Part shown: piece by piece, positions 21,826 to 31,918 of the stretch
Layout: each line of letters begins with the position of its first letter
Position numbering within the stretch: position 1 is the stretch's first letter
Assembly (NCBI GenBank): GCA_965217185.1
Contig: OZ244252.1
Location: 2,688,001-2,752,000 of the forward strand
DNA length: 64,000 bases
Direction: 5' to 3'
Source of the DNA: an uncultured Candidatus Entotheonella sp.
Lineage (GTDB): Bacteria > Tectomicrobia > Entotheonellia > Entotheonellales > Entotheonellaceae
Made by a program: the position numbers and the translations under genes
The notes under the pieces: generated by a model
Databases searched by the model: none
Told to the model about the DNA's origin: nothing
What the model saw: the letters and a program-made list of their open reading frames with translations, nothing else

Positions 21826-23205
21826 ATGACGCAAGCCGTTGACCGTCTTGTTCAGCACGTCATCACCACCCAATTCGAGGACCTTACGGAACCGGCCGCG
21901 GCGGCTGTGAAAACGTTTTGCCTGGATACCATCGGGGTGAGTGTTGCCGGCACCACGGCGCGGTACGCGGCCGAGATGCGCGCGGCGGTGGGCGAGTGGG
22001 GCAGCGGCGCTGAGGCCACCGTGCTGGGATTGGCCAGCAGGTTGCCCGCAGGTGCGGCGGCGATGATTAACGCCTTTCATGCCCACAATCAGGAGTTCGA
22101 CTGCGTGCACGAGGCGGCGGTGGTGCATCCGTTGACGACGATCCAATCCGCCGCGCTGGCGGTTGCCGAGCGGGCAGGCGGTGTGTCGGGGCGGCAGTTG
22201 ATCCTGGCGCTGGCGCTTGGCGTCGACGTGGCCACGTCCATCGGCATGGCGGCGAAAACGGGTCTGCGGTTCTTTCGCCCGGCCACCGCCGGCGTGTTCG
22301 GCGCCACCGCAGCGGTGGGCAAGCTGGCCGGTCTGGATGCCGTGGGACTGAAGAACGCCCTCGGCCTCGCCTACGCGCAAAACGCCGGCACCATGCAGTC
22401 GCACGTCGAAGGCGGTCCGGCGCTCGCTCTGCAGATGGGCTTTGCCGCCGGCGCTGCCGTCCGGGCCGTTGATTTGGTGCGTGCCGGTCTGCCCGGGCCG
22501 CACGACGTTCTGGAAGGGCCGTTCGGCTACTTCCGGCTCTACGAGGGCGCATGGGACCTGGAACCGGTGTGGGCCGAGTTGGGAACGATTTGGCGCATCA
22601 CCCAGGTCAGCCACAAGCCGTTCCCCACCGGGCGCGCGGCGCACGGCGGGTTGGATGGCATCTTGCAACTGCGGGCCGCGCATGGCTTGCAGGCCAATGA
22701 CGTCGCCCGGCTGACCTTGGCCGCGCCGCCGTTGATCCACCAACTGGTGGGTCGGCCCGCGCATCCCGACATGGACGTGACCTATGCCCGTCTCTGTTTC
22801 CAATACGTCGGCGCCCTAGCCCTGCTGAACGGCGGCGTGGATGTCGGCGACTTCAGCCCCGAACGCCTCGCCGACCCGCGCTTGCACGACTTCGCCCGGC
22901 GCATCGAGTTGGTGGCCGACGGCAATCCCGACCCCAACGCCCTGGCGCCGCAAGCCGTGACCGCTTACCTCAAGGACGGCCGCACCCTGCACGTCGACGT
23001 TCCCCACACCCTCGGCAGCCCGGAACGTCCCCTCAGCCGCGAACAGCACCTCGCCAAATTCCGCCGCTGCTGGTCCTGCGGCGCCCAACCCCTCGCCGAC
23101 GAGGCGGCCGACCGGCTCATCCACCTCGTTGACGGCCTGGACGAGTTGGGCAACAGCAACGAGATCGTCTCCCTGACGCGCCCTGACGGTTGGGGTGCGA
23201 AATAG
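21826..23205 (+). CDS. MmgE/PrpD family protein
   Basis: AHNQEFDCVH, VHP, LEGPFGY, SHKPFPTGRAAH, LGSPERPLS. Confidence 0.93.
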   Translation: MTQAVDRLVQHVITTQFEDLTEPAAAAVKTFCLDTIGVSVAGTTARYAAEMRAAVGEWGSGAEATVLGLASRLPAGAAAMINAFHAHNQEFDCVHEAAVVHPLTTIQSAALAVAERAGGVSGRQLILALALGVDVATSIGMAAKTGLRFFRPATAGVFGATAAVGKLAGLDAVGLKNALGLAYAQNAGTMQSHVEGGPALALQMGFAAGAAVRAVDLVRAGLPGPHDVLEGPFGYFRLYEGAWDLEPVWAELGTIWRITQVSHKPFPTGRAAHGGLDGILQLRAAHGLQANDVARLTLAAPPLIHQLVGRPAHPDMDVTYARLCFQYVGALALLNGGVDVGDFSPERLADPRLHDFARRIELVADGNPDPNALAPQAVTAYLKDGRTLHVDVPHTLGSPERPLSREQHLAKFRRCWSCGAQPLADEAADRLIHLVDGLDELGNSNEIVSLTRPDGWGAK

Positions 23206-23226
23206 CGGATTACGAATTCAGGCCCT

Positions 23227-23346
23227 CCCCCTCACCCCAACCCTCTCCCGCCAAGGGAGAGGAGGGTAAATCCCCTTCGTAGGAATTAGGAATGAGGTTT
23301 AACCCTGATTCCCTCCCCCCTTGAGGGGGGAGGGTTAGGGAGGGGG
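23227..23346. repeat. Inverted pair of CCCTCTCCC/GGGAGAGGG-type palindromic repeats (REPIN/MITE-like)
   Basis: CCCCCTCACCCCAACCCTCTCCC-gccaa-GGGAGAGG and CCCTCCCCCC-ttga-GGGGGGAGGGTTAGGGAGGGGG; outer ends are mutually inverted. Confidence 0.75.
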
Positions 23347-23385
23347 CGTAACTCGACAGCGGAAGCCCGCGGGGCGCAGTGGAAC

Positions 23386-23415
23386 GTCGGATTACGCTTC
23401 GCTAATCCGACCTAC
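23386..23415 (-). repeat. GTAG-type REP element, copy 1
   Basis: GTCGGATTACGCTTCGCTAATCCGACCTAC: palindrome plus terminal GTAG on minus strand. Confidence 0.85.
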
Positions 23416-23440
23416 AGCTACAGCTTGATGCGGAAATGCT

Positions 23441-24679
23441 CTACGGAATCGTGCGAACGAGGCGGAAGCCGACGTGACCGCCGCGGAAGGCGGGGTGGGC
23501 GTGGCTGCGGGAGGTGGCGCGGCAATCCTCGGCGGGGGAGAGCCAACTGCCGCCGCGTATGACGCGCCGGTTGCCGGGAGGCGGGCCGGCGGGCTCGGTA
23601 GCGGATTCCGACGGGTAGGCGCCGTAACGATCTTGCACCCATTCCCAGACGCCGCCTTGCATGGCGTACGCGCCCCAGGCATTCGGCTGCTTCTCGCCCA
23701 CCGGATGGGTGGTGTTGCCGGCGTTGTCGGCGTACCAGGCATAGGCGTCAAGCTGGACCGCGTCGTCGCCGAAGGCGTAGGCCGCAACGGAGCCGGCGCG
23801 CGCCGCGTATTCCCACTCGGCCTCGGTAGGCAGGCGATACGTGGCGTCGGGCTCCATGGCGCTCAGCTTGGTGATGAACTCCTGCGCGTCGTTCCATGAG
23901 ACGCTCTCGACCGGCCGGTTGGGATCGTCGGTAAACTGGCTGGGGTCGCTCTCCATCACCGCGTGCCACTGTGCCTGCGTCACCTCGAACTGCCCGATAT
24001 AAAACGGCTTGTTGATGGTCACCGAGCGCACGGGTTGCTCGTCGGCATCGCCACTTTCCGACCCCATGTCAAACGAGCCGGCCGGGATCAGCACAAACGT
24101 CATGCCCAGGGTGTTCGCCCAGGTCTTCGACGGTGCGGCGTCCTCAGCCGCAGCGGCGGGCGGGGCAACGGCCAGCGCCTCGATTTCTTCCCGTACCGCG
24201 TCCAGCTCGACGCGCGCCTCGCGCAGTTCCTGCGTGACGACTTCGACCTGCCCGGCGAGATCGGTCAGGCGCTGGGTGGCTGCCTGCTGCCGGGTAATGG
24301 CCGTAAACACCTGCTCTTCAAGCTGTCCCAACCGCCGGGCTTCTGCCTGCTGACCGGCGATGGCGGGCTCCAATTGACTTTGCAACGCTGTGAGGCGTTC
24401 ATTCGTACCCTGCTGCAGCGTGTCCAGCGCGGATTGTGCCTCCTCAACACCCTGCACCGCGGTGTCGACCTGCTGAACGACCTGTGCCAGGCGTTGCGTG
24501 ACCTCCTGCTGCTCGGAGATGGCCGTACGCAACTGGTCCTGCAGCCCGATCAGACGCCCCCCGGCGTCCCGGATGCGGACCGCCCCGCCCTGAAGCTGCC
24601 AGCCGACGTAAAGCAAACCGGCGGCTAGCACGATAATTGCCGCCCACTGCCAGCGGCTCTGGGATGTTTGCTCTGCCAT
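23441..24679 (-). CDS. Membrane-anchored coiled-coil protein with C-terminal FGE-sulfatase (SUMF1) domain
   Basis: N-terminal TM, ~140-aa Gln-rich coiled coil, IPAGSFDMGS, RLPTEAEWEYAARAG, RVIRGGSW, VGFRL. Confidence 0.92.
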   Translation of the reverse strand: MAEQTSQSRWQWAAIIVLAAGLLYVGWQLQGGAVRIRDAGGRLIGLQDQLRTAISEQQEVTQRLAQVVQQVDTAVQGVEEAQSALDTLQQGTNERLTALQSQLEPAIAGQQAEARRLGQLEEQVFTAITRQQAATQRLTDLAGQVEVVTQELREARVELDAVREEIEALAVAPPAAAAEDAAPSKTWANTLGMTFVLIPAGSFDMGSESGDADEQPVRSVTINKPFYIGQFEVTQAQWHAVMESDPSQFTDDPNRPVESVSWNDAQEFITKLSAMEPDATYRLPTEAEWEYAARAGSVAAYAFGDDAVQLDAYAWYADNAGNTTHPVGEKQPNAWGAYAMQGGVWEWVQDRYGAYPSESATEPAGPPPGNRRVIRGGSWLSPAEDCRATSRSHAHPAFRGGHVGFRLVRTIP

Positions 24680-24759
24680 GGGTGTTCCTGTTGCTCCCTC
24701 TGCTCAGGGGCGGGCATACCAAATCAGGATAAAGGTCCCTGCACTTGCAAGAGTCTGGC

Positions 24760-25065
24760 TCACTGCCAGAAGTACTTGAAGCGCAGCGGACTTCCCGGCA
24801 GGGCTCTGGATTCACATTCATCCAGCGGCAGGGGCACGACCGTTCCGTCGCTGAGGGTGGCAGAATCCAGCCACTGGTCGCAGTTCGTCGGGATGCCGAT
24901 GTTCGTCCGCTGGGATTCGAGGTCGTGCGGTATGGCTGCCCCGACGTCCAGGCCGACATAGAAGCCTCGCCGGTTTGTCTCGGCAGCCGCCGCGCCTATG
25001 GCTGATTGCAATACAACCAGACATACGACGAAAGCTGCCGAAATGAAGCTGGGCACCACGTACAC
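24760..25065 (-). pseudogene. N-terminal fragment of an outer-membrane beta-barrel protein
   Basis: Signal peptide then GFYVGLDVGAA first strand; stops after ~100 aa with no C-terminal aromatic strand. Confidence 0.5.
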
Positions 25066-25067
25066 AG

Positions 25068-26774
25068 TTACACCCGCGCCAAAGGCCCGCGGATCAACTG
25101 ACCGGGCAGGGTGCCGGTGTGCTCGTTGTCGCGCATCAGCACCTCGCCGTTCACCACCGTGGCCTTGATACCGACGGACTTCTGTTTCAGCCGCCGCGCC
25201 CCCGCGGGCAGGTCGTTCACCACCTCCGGCAGCATCGGCGCAATCGTTTCGGGATCGAACACCACCACGTCCGCCGCGTAACCGGTGCGCAGCAGGCCGC
25301 GATTGTGCATGCCCCAGTAGGAAGCAGGCACGAACGTCAACTGCCGCACCGCGTCTTCAAGGGTCAATTCCTGGCGCTCCCGCACCCAGTAGCCCAGCAG
25401 ATGGGTCTGCAGCGAGGCGTCCATGATCTGCGACACGTGGGCGCCGGAATCCGAAAAGGTAACCACGGTGCGCGGATGGCGGATCATCTCGAGGGCGTGG
25501 TCCTCGTTCTCGTTGGCGATGGGCTGCAAGAAGCACTGCTTCATGCCCTTTTCAAGCGCCAGATCGATCACCACGTCCACCGGATCCTGGTTACGCTCCC
25601 TCGCCACCTCGGCTACGGAGCGATGCGGCGTCAGACCGCTGTTCATGACGAACAGGTAGTCGTAGTTCGCCGACCGCGCTTCGGGGCCGACGCCGTAGCC
25701 GCCGTCATCCGCCTGTCCGTGGGCTGCCGCGACGAGCTTGCGGCGCATATCGGGGTCGCGCAGCGCGGCTTCCTGCTCGCTGAGCGAGAGCTGGCGCACG
25801 TCGCGCCACACCGGCAGCTTGTCGTACGGCATGTGGGTCTCGAACGACAGCACCAAGTTGAGCGCCCGGCTGTGCACCTGGATGAACATCTTGCCGCCGG
25901 CCGCGGCGGTCTCGTCCGCCATGGCCAGGAACGAGCGCCACGTTTGCGGCCCGTTGCGGCGGCCGAACTGGCCGTAGGTGATGGGTACGCCGGTATCGAC
26001 GGCGAGGTCGCGCAGGCGCGACAGGTAATCCTGCAGGTCCTCGGGCGTCTTGGGGTTCTCGTTGGCAATCTCGAACACCCCGGCGCCCATCTCGCCCATG
26101 GCGCCGACGAGGTGCCGCACCTCGTCCCAGGCCGCCAATCGGCTGGCCACCGGCTGTCCGTTCGGGGTGCGGTGCGACTGGCTGCGCGAGGTCGTGAAAC
26201 CCATGGCGCCGGCGCGAATGGCGTCGCGCACGTGGCGCTGCATGCTCTCTATGTCCTCGGGGGTGGCCGCCTCGTCGAAGGCCCGCTCGCCCATGACGTA
26301 GGTGCGCAGGGCCGAGTGGCCGACGTACGCCGCGTAGTTGATGCCCTTGGGCAGCCGGTCCACGGTGTCGAGGTATTCCGGGAAGGTTTCCCACGTCCAC
26401 TTGATGCCCGCGGCCATGGCTTGCGGGGAGATGTCCTCGGCGCGCTCGAGGTTGCGCATGACCAGATCGTTGTGCGCCTCGGCGCAGGGGGCGAGGGAGA
26501 AGCCGCAGTTGCCCATCACCACGCTGGTGACGCCGTGCCAGCAGGAGCAGGTGCCGAGCGGGTCCCAGTTGACCTGTGCGTCCATGTGGGTATGACCGTC
26601 GACGAAGCCCGGCGCCACCACGTGCCCTTCGGCGTCAAGCGTCTCCTTGGCGGCGGCGTTGATCCTGCCGATGGCGGCGATCTGGCCGTGCACGATACCC
26701 ACGTCGGCGCGGTAGCGCGGCATGCCGGAACCATCGACGACGGTGCCGTTTCGGATGATGAGATCGTATTGCAT
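25068..26774 (-). CDS. N-acyl-D-amino-acid deacylase family amidohydrolase
   Basis: DLIIRNGTVVDGSG, PGFVDGHTHMD, GNCGFSLAP, SDSGAH, ADVVVFDP. Confidence 0.93.
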   Translation of the reverse strand: MQYDLIIRNGTVVDGSGMPRYRADVGIVHGQIAAIGRINAAAKETLDAEGHVVAPGFVDGHTHMDAQVNWDPLGTCSCWHGVTSVVMGNCGFSLAPCAEAHNDLVMRNLERAEDISPQAMAAGIKWTWETFPEYLDTVDRLPKGINYAAYVGHSALRTYVMGERAFDEAATPEDIESMQRHVRDAIRAGAMGFTTSRSQSHRTPNGQPVASRLAAWDEVRHLVGAMGEMGAGVFEIANENPKTPEDLQDYLSRLRDLAVDTGVPITYGQFGRRNGPQTWRSFLAMADETAAAGGKMFIQVHSRALNLVLSFETHMPYDKLPVWRDVRQLSLSEQEAALRDPDMRRKLVAAAHGQADDGGYGVGPEARSANYDYLFVMNSGLTPHRSVAEVARERNQDPVDVVIDLALEKGMKQCFLQPIANENEDHALEMIRHPRTVVTFSDSGAHVSQIMDASLQTHLLGYWVRERQELTLEDAVRQLTFVPASYWGMHNRGLLRTGYAADVVVFDPETIAPMLPEVVNDLPAGARRLKQKSVGIKATVVNGEVLMRDNEHTGTLPGQLIRGPLARV

Positions 26775-26948
26775 GGTATCCCCTTATGGTACGGGTGGGA
26801 GGTGGGATGATTAGGCTACGATAGCACAGCGGGCTCTGCGTCTCCACCGCCCGCCGGGCGAAGCGGGGCGCCGCTGTGGACGCCACCGCCAAAATGTGAT
26901 TTAGTGTGCCGTCGTGACCAATCAATTCCTCAAAAAGGAGAAGCATTC

Positions 26949-27359
26949 ATGGGCGTCAACGTCGTAAAAGACGCGATCGACCTGGGCATTGTCACCACCA
27001 ACGGCGATGCCATGCTGACGTTTTACCAGGACGTGCTCGGCTTCAAACACGAGGGCGACATCCACATGGAGCACGTCGGCATCAAGACCATGCACCGCCT
27101 GTGGTTCGGCAACAGCCTGATCAAGATCGTCGTGCCGGTCAATGACCCCAATCGGCCCGCAGCGCCCGGCGGCATTCCCGGCGGCACCGGCTACCGCTAT
27201 TGGACCATGACGATCAATAACCTTGACGAGGTGTTGGACGCCATCACCGCCGCCGGGCACAAGATCGTCTGGCCGCGAACCGAGGTGCGCCCCGGCGTCG
27301 TCATCGCCATGGTCGAGGACCCCGACGGCAATTGGGTCGAGTTCATCCAATCTGCGTAA
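26949..27359 (+). CDS. VOC/glyoxalase family protein
   Basis: FYQDVLG and EDPDGNWVEF motifs; RBS AAGGAG. Confidence 0.9.
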   Translation: MGVNVVKDAIDLGIVTTNGDAMLTFYQDVLGFKHEGDIHMEHVGIKTMHRLWFGNSLIKIVVPVNDPNRPAAPGGIPGGTGYRYWTMTINNLDEVLDAITAAGHKIVWPRTEVRPGVVIAMVEDPDGNWVEFIQSA

Positions 27360-27406
27360 TCAACACCACCACCGTTTTGCATGACCCCCACGCATGGAGT
27401 ACCACA

Positions 27407-28462
27407 ATGCCCCTGAAAGTCGCCTTGATGACCAACAAATACAACCGCTTTGACCTGTTTGAAAAAGCGGGCATCGAAACCGTTGAAGGAAATGCTCGCA
27501 CCACCGAAGACATGATCGACCTGCTGCGCGACGCCGACGGCGCCCTGGTCAACACCCGACCGGATACCAGCCGCGAGGTGATGGAAACCTGTACCAAGCT
27601 CAAGGTGGTGTCGCGCATGGGCGTCGGTGTCGATTCCATCGACCTGCCGGCGGCCACCGAGTTGGGCGTCCTCGCCTGCAACGTGCCCGGCGTCAACACC
27701 GCCGAGGTGGCCGACCACGCCGTCGCCATGCTGCTGGCCATGACGCGCCGGCTCTACGAAACCATCACCGCCACGCGGCAGGGCCAGTGGAGCGACAACC
27801 CGCCGCTGATCAGCGAGTTCCAGCAGTCCGTGCGCCGCATCGGCGGCCATACCGTCGGCATCGTCGGTTTCGGCAACATCGGTCGCGCCTTCGCCATGCG
27901 TATTCGCGGCTTCGGCCCGGCGCAGATCATCGCCTACGACCCGTTTGTGCCGCAGTCGTCCGCCGACCTGTACGGCGTGCGGCTCGTCAGCCTCGAAGAA
28001 CTGGCGCGCACCTCGGATTACATCTCCATTCACAGCTCGGCCACGAGCCAGAACTACCACCTGTTCAACGCCGACCTGTTCGCGCAGATGAAGTCCACCG
28101 CCATTCTGGTGAACTGCTCGCGCGGGCCGCTGATCGACCAGCAGGCCCTGCTCACCGCTCTGCAGGAAGGCCAGATCGAATCCGCCGCCATCGACGTCAC
28201 CGAGATCGAGCCCATCGAGCACGACAACCCGCTGCTCAAGGTCCCCAATCTCGTCATCACGCCCCACCTCGCCGGCTTCTCGCCCACCTTCCTCGACGAA
28301 TGCCCCCAGAAGCAAGCCGAGAACGTCATCAACGTCCTCACCGGCAAACGCCCCCACGGCCTCGCCAACCCCGAGGTCATCAAAACCCTCGCCGTCATGC
28401 GCGCCAGCAACCCCGGCCGCTGGGAAGGCACCCCGGACTTTTCCATCGCACTGGAGTTGTAG
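27407..28462 (+). CDS. D-isomer-specific 2-hydroxyacid dehydrogenase (CtBP/SerA-like)
   Basis: GVGVDSID, GIVGFGNIG, VNCSRG, ITPHLAG. Confidence 0.93.
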   Translation: MPLKVALMTNKYNRFDLFEKAGIETVEGNARTTEDMIDLLRDADGALVNTRPDTSREVMETCTKLKVVSRMGVGVDSIDLPAATELGVLACNVPGVNTAEVADHAVAMLLAMTRRLYETITATRQGQWSDNPPLISEFQQSVRRIGGHTVGIVGFGNIGRAFAMRIRGFGPAQIIAYDPFVPQSSADLYGVRLVSLEELARTSDYISIHSSATSQNYHLFNADLFAQMKSTAILVNCSRGPLIDQQALLTALQEGQIESAAIDVTEIEPIEHDNPLLKVPNLVITPHLAGFSPTFLDECPQKQAENVINVLTGKRPHGLANPEVIKTLAVMRASNPGRWEGTPDFSIALEL

Positions 28463-28524
28463 GTTGTAGCGCTGCACGGGCTGTGAGAGGCGCTTCAAAT
28501 GCCGATCAACGGAGTGACTTCTCC

Positions 28525-31254
28525 ATGAATGCGCTCTCCTTCTGGGGCAAGGCGCAGCCCCTTGAATCCGACCGCGGCCCGCTATGGCACCCGCTGCCCT
28601 ACCATTGTCTCGACGTCGCTGCGATCGGCGAGGCGCTGCTGAACCGGCATCACGGCCTGCTGCAAAGCCTGTCCGGCTTATTGGGCCTGCCGAGTGAAGA
28701 AACCGTTTCCGTTTTCTGCTTCCTTCTGTGCCTGCACGACATCGGCAAGTTCGCCAAGAAATTTCAGGCAAAGGTACCAGAGCGTTACCCCGGCTGTTTT
28801 GGTGACGATCCTGCCTCTGTTCCAGACCGCTACGACCACGGCGCCGGGGGACTGCGCTTGTTTGATGCCGACGATGGTCTTTTCCATCTGCCCAGCGGTC
28901 CGAGCCGCCGTGTGTGGCGCGCCTTGGTCTCGGCGGTCGTCGGGCATCACGGCGCCCCACCGCAGCCGGTTTTCGGTGAGAGCCTTATCACCTTGCGACC
29001 CGATTTCGGCAAGGTAGGCATTGAGGCTGCCGGTATGTTCATCCAACAGGCACACGACCTGTTCGCCTTGCCGCAGGCGGTGCCGCCGCTCGAACGCGAA
29101 GGCGTACGGCGTGCGTCTTTCGCCCTCGCCGGCCTTGCCGTGCTGGCGGACTGGATCGGCTCCAAGCAGGAATGGTTTCCGTACTGCGAACCGATTCAAG
29201 ACCTCCAGGCATACTGGAACCATGCCCGGGAACAAGCGAAGGGCGCCGTTGAAGCGTCGGGCGTCTTGCCGGCCGGAAGTAACAACCATCTCGAATATGG
29301 CGCCTTGATTGGTACGGCTGTGTCACCGACTCCGATGCAGGATTGGACCAAGTCCGTCGAGTTACCAGACGGCCCGGCACTACTCCTGATCGAAGACGAA
29401 ACGGGCAGCGGCAAGACCGAGGCGGCCCTGATGCTCGCCCACCGACTGATGGCCTCCGGCCGGGCGGACGGCCTTTACGTGGCACTGCCCACCATGGCCA
29501 CGGCCAACGCCATGTTCGATCGGCTCGCCGCCGCTTATCGGCAGTTGTTCGCGGCAGGTGCCTTCCCCTCGATTGCCCTGGCTCACGGCGCGCGCGACAT
29601 GCACGCCGGTTTCCGGTCGGCGGTGCTGGCGGCCGGGCGCGACGAGGCTCTCTATTCACAGACTGGGGACCGGGAGGAGGGATCTGAAACGACGGCCTCG
29701 GCAGCCTGCGCGGCCTGGATTGCCGACGACAGGCGGCGCGCCTTCCTGGCCGATGCGGGTGCCGGCACGGTGGACCAGGCACTGTTGTCCATCCTGCCCA
29801 GTCGGCACCAATCGCTGCGGCTGCTGGGCCTCATGCGCCGTGCTCTCATTCTCGACGAGGTGCATGCGTACGATGCCTACATGCAGCGCGAGATCGAAAG
29901 GCTGCTCGAATTCCAGGCGGGGCTGGGCGGTTCTGCCATCCTGCTGTCGGCCACCTTGCCCCTGTCGGTCCGCAAACGGCTGGCTGACGCCTTCTCGAAA
30001 GGACTGGGAAACGAAGAGGTGACACACCACTCGGTCAACAGCGACATGGACTACCCATTGGCCACGGTCTGTGGAGCCAATGTCCGTACATCCACAAAGG
30101 TTGACGGGCAGCCCGGGCGGGCACGTACGCTTCCGGTGCGATTCCTCCGCACCCCGGAGGAGGCGCTGGTCGCAGTCGAGCAAGCAACTCGCAGCGATCA
30201 AGCAGTGCTCTACATTCGCAACACGGTCGATGACGCGCTCGAAGCCCACGCCGCGTTGACGGCCAGAGGTCTCGATGCCGCTATCTTCCACGCTCGTTTC
30301 GCACTCGTCGATCGCCTGCAAATCGAGAAGCGGGTGGTTGATACGTTCGGCAAACCCAAGCTCAGCACCCCTACACAACGAGCCGGCAGTGTGTTGATCG
30401 CCACGCAGGTGGTTGAGCAATCGCTGGACCTGGACTTTGATGCCCTAATCACCGATCTCGCGCCGATTGACCTGCTGATCCAACGTGCGGGCAGGCTGTG
30501 GCGGCACCACCGCCCCGAACGTGAAGGCCAGCCGGAATTGCTTGTAGTGGGACCGGAACCCATCGCCGACGCGGACGAAAAATGGTTCAGCCGGGCTTTC
30601 CCACGCGCCGCGTATGTTTACAAGGATCACGCCCGCCTGTGGCTGACGGCCAAAACGTTGGCTGACGCCGGCAGCATCGAAAGCCCTGGCGGTTTGCGGG
30701 CGCTCATTGAGGCCGTATACGGTGATGATGCCGAACTGGCCGTCCCAGAGGCACTGCAAGGCAGCTTCTTCGATGCAGAGGGCAGAGCGGGCGCCGAGCG
30801 TGGGGTGGCCAACACCAACGTGCTTGATCTTGCCAAGGGCTATGTGAGAGACGGCGGTGCCTGGGACAGCGACGTACGCACGCCAACCCGGCTCGTTGAC
30901 GATCCGCAAGTCACGCTGCGGCTCGCACGGGTCCGCGATGGCCGTATCGAGCCTTACGCGCCCCATGTCGAACCGGGCGAACCATGGCGGGCATGGCGGC
31001 TCAGCGAGGTGAACATTTCTGCGCGGCGTGTCGGCGGCGAAGCCGTGCCGTCTGAACATGCCGATGCTGTCCGCGCGGCAAAGATGGACTGGACGCGGTT
31101 CGATGCGGACAAGATTCTGGTGGTACTTGAGGAGTCCGAGGCCGGGGATCAAACCTGGTCTGGAACGGCGATGTCGGGCGGCGAGACGCCGACGGACGTC
31201 CGGCTCAGCTATAGTCCGCAGCGTGGCCTGACGACGGACAGGAAAGAACGATGA
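28525..31254 (+). CDS. cas3: CRISPR-associated helicase/HD nuclease Cas3
   Basis: HCLDV, LHDIGK, GHHG, TGSGKTE, DEVH, LLSAT, QVVEQSLDLDFD, QRAGRLWRH. Confidence 0.97.
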   Translation: MNALSFWGKAQPLESDRGPLWHPLPYHCLDVAAIGEALLNRHHGLLQSLSGLLGLPSEETVSVFCFLLCLHDIGKFAKKFQAKVPERYPGCFGDDPASVPDRYDHGAGGLRLFDADDGLFHLPSGPSRRVWRALVSAVVGHHGAPPQPVFGESLITLRPDFGKVGIEAAGMFIQQAHDLFALPQAVPPLEREGVRRASFALAGLAVLADWIGSKQEWFPYCEPIQDLQAYWNHAREQAKGAVEASGVLPAGSNNHLEYGALIGTAVSPTPMQDWTKSVELPDGPALLLIEDETGSGKTEAALMLAHRLMASGRADGLYVALPTMATANAMFDRLAAAYRQLFAAGAFPSIALAHGARDMHAGFRSAVLAAGRDEALYSQTGDREEGSETTASAACAAWIADDRRRAFLADAGAGTVDQALLSILPSRHQSLRLLGLMRRALILDEVHAYDAYMQREIERLLEFQAGLGGSAILLSATLPLSVRKRLADAFSKGLGNEEVTHHSVNSDMDYPLATVCGANVRTSTKVDGQPGRARTLPVRFLRTPEEALVAVEQATRSDQAVLYIRNTVDDALEAHAALTARGLDAAIFHARFALVDRLQIEKRVVDTFGKPKLSTPTQRAGSVLIATQVVEQSLDLDFDALITDLAPIDLLIQRAGRLWRHHRPEREGQPELLVVGPEPIADADEKWFSRAFPRAAYVYKDHARLWLTAKTLADAGSIESPGGLRALIEAVYGDDAELAVPEALQGSFFDAEGRAGAERGVANTNVLDLAKGYVRDGGAWDSDVRTPTRLVDDPQVTLRLARVRDGRIEPYAPHVEPGEPWRAWRLSEVNISARRVGGEAVPSEHADAVRAAKMDWTRFDADKILVVLEESEAGDQTWSGTAMSGGETPTDVRLSYSPQRGLTTDRKER

Positions 31255-31263
31255 GGGGGTAAG

Positions 31264-31521
31264 TCAAGCCATGTCCTGAAGACTACTTCGCGTCGGCGGC
31301 TTCGAGGAGCCGTTCACGCACGGTCGAATTCCTGGCGGGTGACCCAAGTCCCGTAGGATCGCTCTGACGGTTCCTGTGTTCAGTTCACGGGCGCCCCAAT
31401 TTGGAATGGTCGTTCTGCCGCCTGTCGATGGACGAATCCAGATCTCGTGATCACCACGGGCGCGTCTGTCCAGGACGCATCCGAGTCGATGCAGCTTGCG
31501 TGTGAGTTCGCTGTATCTCAA
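31264..31521 (-). CDS. hicA: HicA family mRNA interferase toxin (probable frameshift near 31345; natural stop likely 31314)
   Basis: ARGDHEIW, TTIP, GTVRAILRDLG; alternate frame gives typical end TRQEFDRA-TGA; TTG start overlaps hicB stop. Confidence 0.82.
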   Translation of the reverse strand: MRYSELTRKLHRLGCVLDRRARGDHEIWIRPSTGGRTTIPNWGARELNTGTVRAILRDLGHPPGIRPCVNGSSKPPTRSSLQDMA

Positions 31522-31781
31522 ACCGCGACCATGACTTCACTGAAACCTTGATGCTCGCCGGCGTCAACGACAGCGGCGGCCACTTGAGGCGGAAGAGGAT
31601 CGCCGCGATCGCGGTATGACTCGATGAATGCTGCCGCAACGCATTGCAGGCTTTCCAAAGCCTGTGCAGCGGTGTCGCCCCACACCCGGCAACCGGGCAA
31701 ATCGGGTATCTCGGCCAGGTACTTGCCCTCGGTTTCGTCCGACGGTTCCCGCAGAACGGATCGTAACCGGTACAGATTCAT
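31518..31781 (-). CDS. hicB: HicB family antitoxin (short, no DNA-binding domain)
   Basis: YLAEIPDLPGCRVWGDTAAQAL...RGDPLP. Confidence 0.88.
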   Translation of the reverse strand: MNLYRLRSVLREPSDETEGKYLAEIPDLPGCRVWGDTAAQALESLQCVAAAFIESYRDRGDPLPPQVAAAVVDAGEHQGFSEVMVAV

Positions 31782-31918
31782 GTCATCCCCCAACGAATCG
31801 TCTAGTGCAGTATATAGGGCTTGACTCGTTCGGGAGTTTGTCGAATTTTCCCTGTTGAGGCAAGATCGACAGATGGCCTTGCCACCTGTCCAGCACTGTG
31901 CACCCATCAAGGCGCATC

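Noticed and set aside
23441..23600. FGE-sulfatase C-terminus as a diversity-generating retroelement target
   Set aside because: No template repeat and no reverse transcriptase in the window; remote targeting cannot be shown.
25119..26810. Long antisense ORFs (also 41715..43520, 51113..53056, 27197..28960, 8259..9755)
   Set aside because: Shadow ORFs opposite well-supported genes, expected in high-GC DNA; no motifs.
27787..28524. 246-aa N-terminal extension of Cas3 in the ORF track
   Set aside because: It is an alternate-frame overlap with the dehydrogenase; the HD domain starts at ATG 28525 with an RBS.
31255..31918. CreTA-like mini-CRISPR RNA in the cas3-cas8e gap
   Set aside because: No degenerate copy of the repeat visible; the gap is filled by hicBA.
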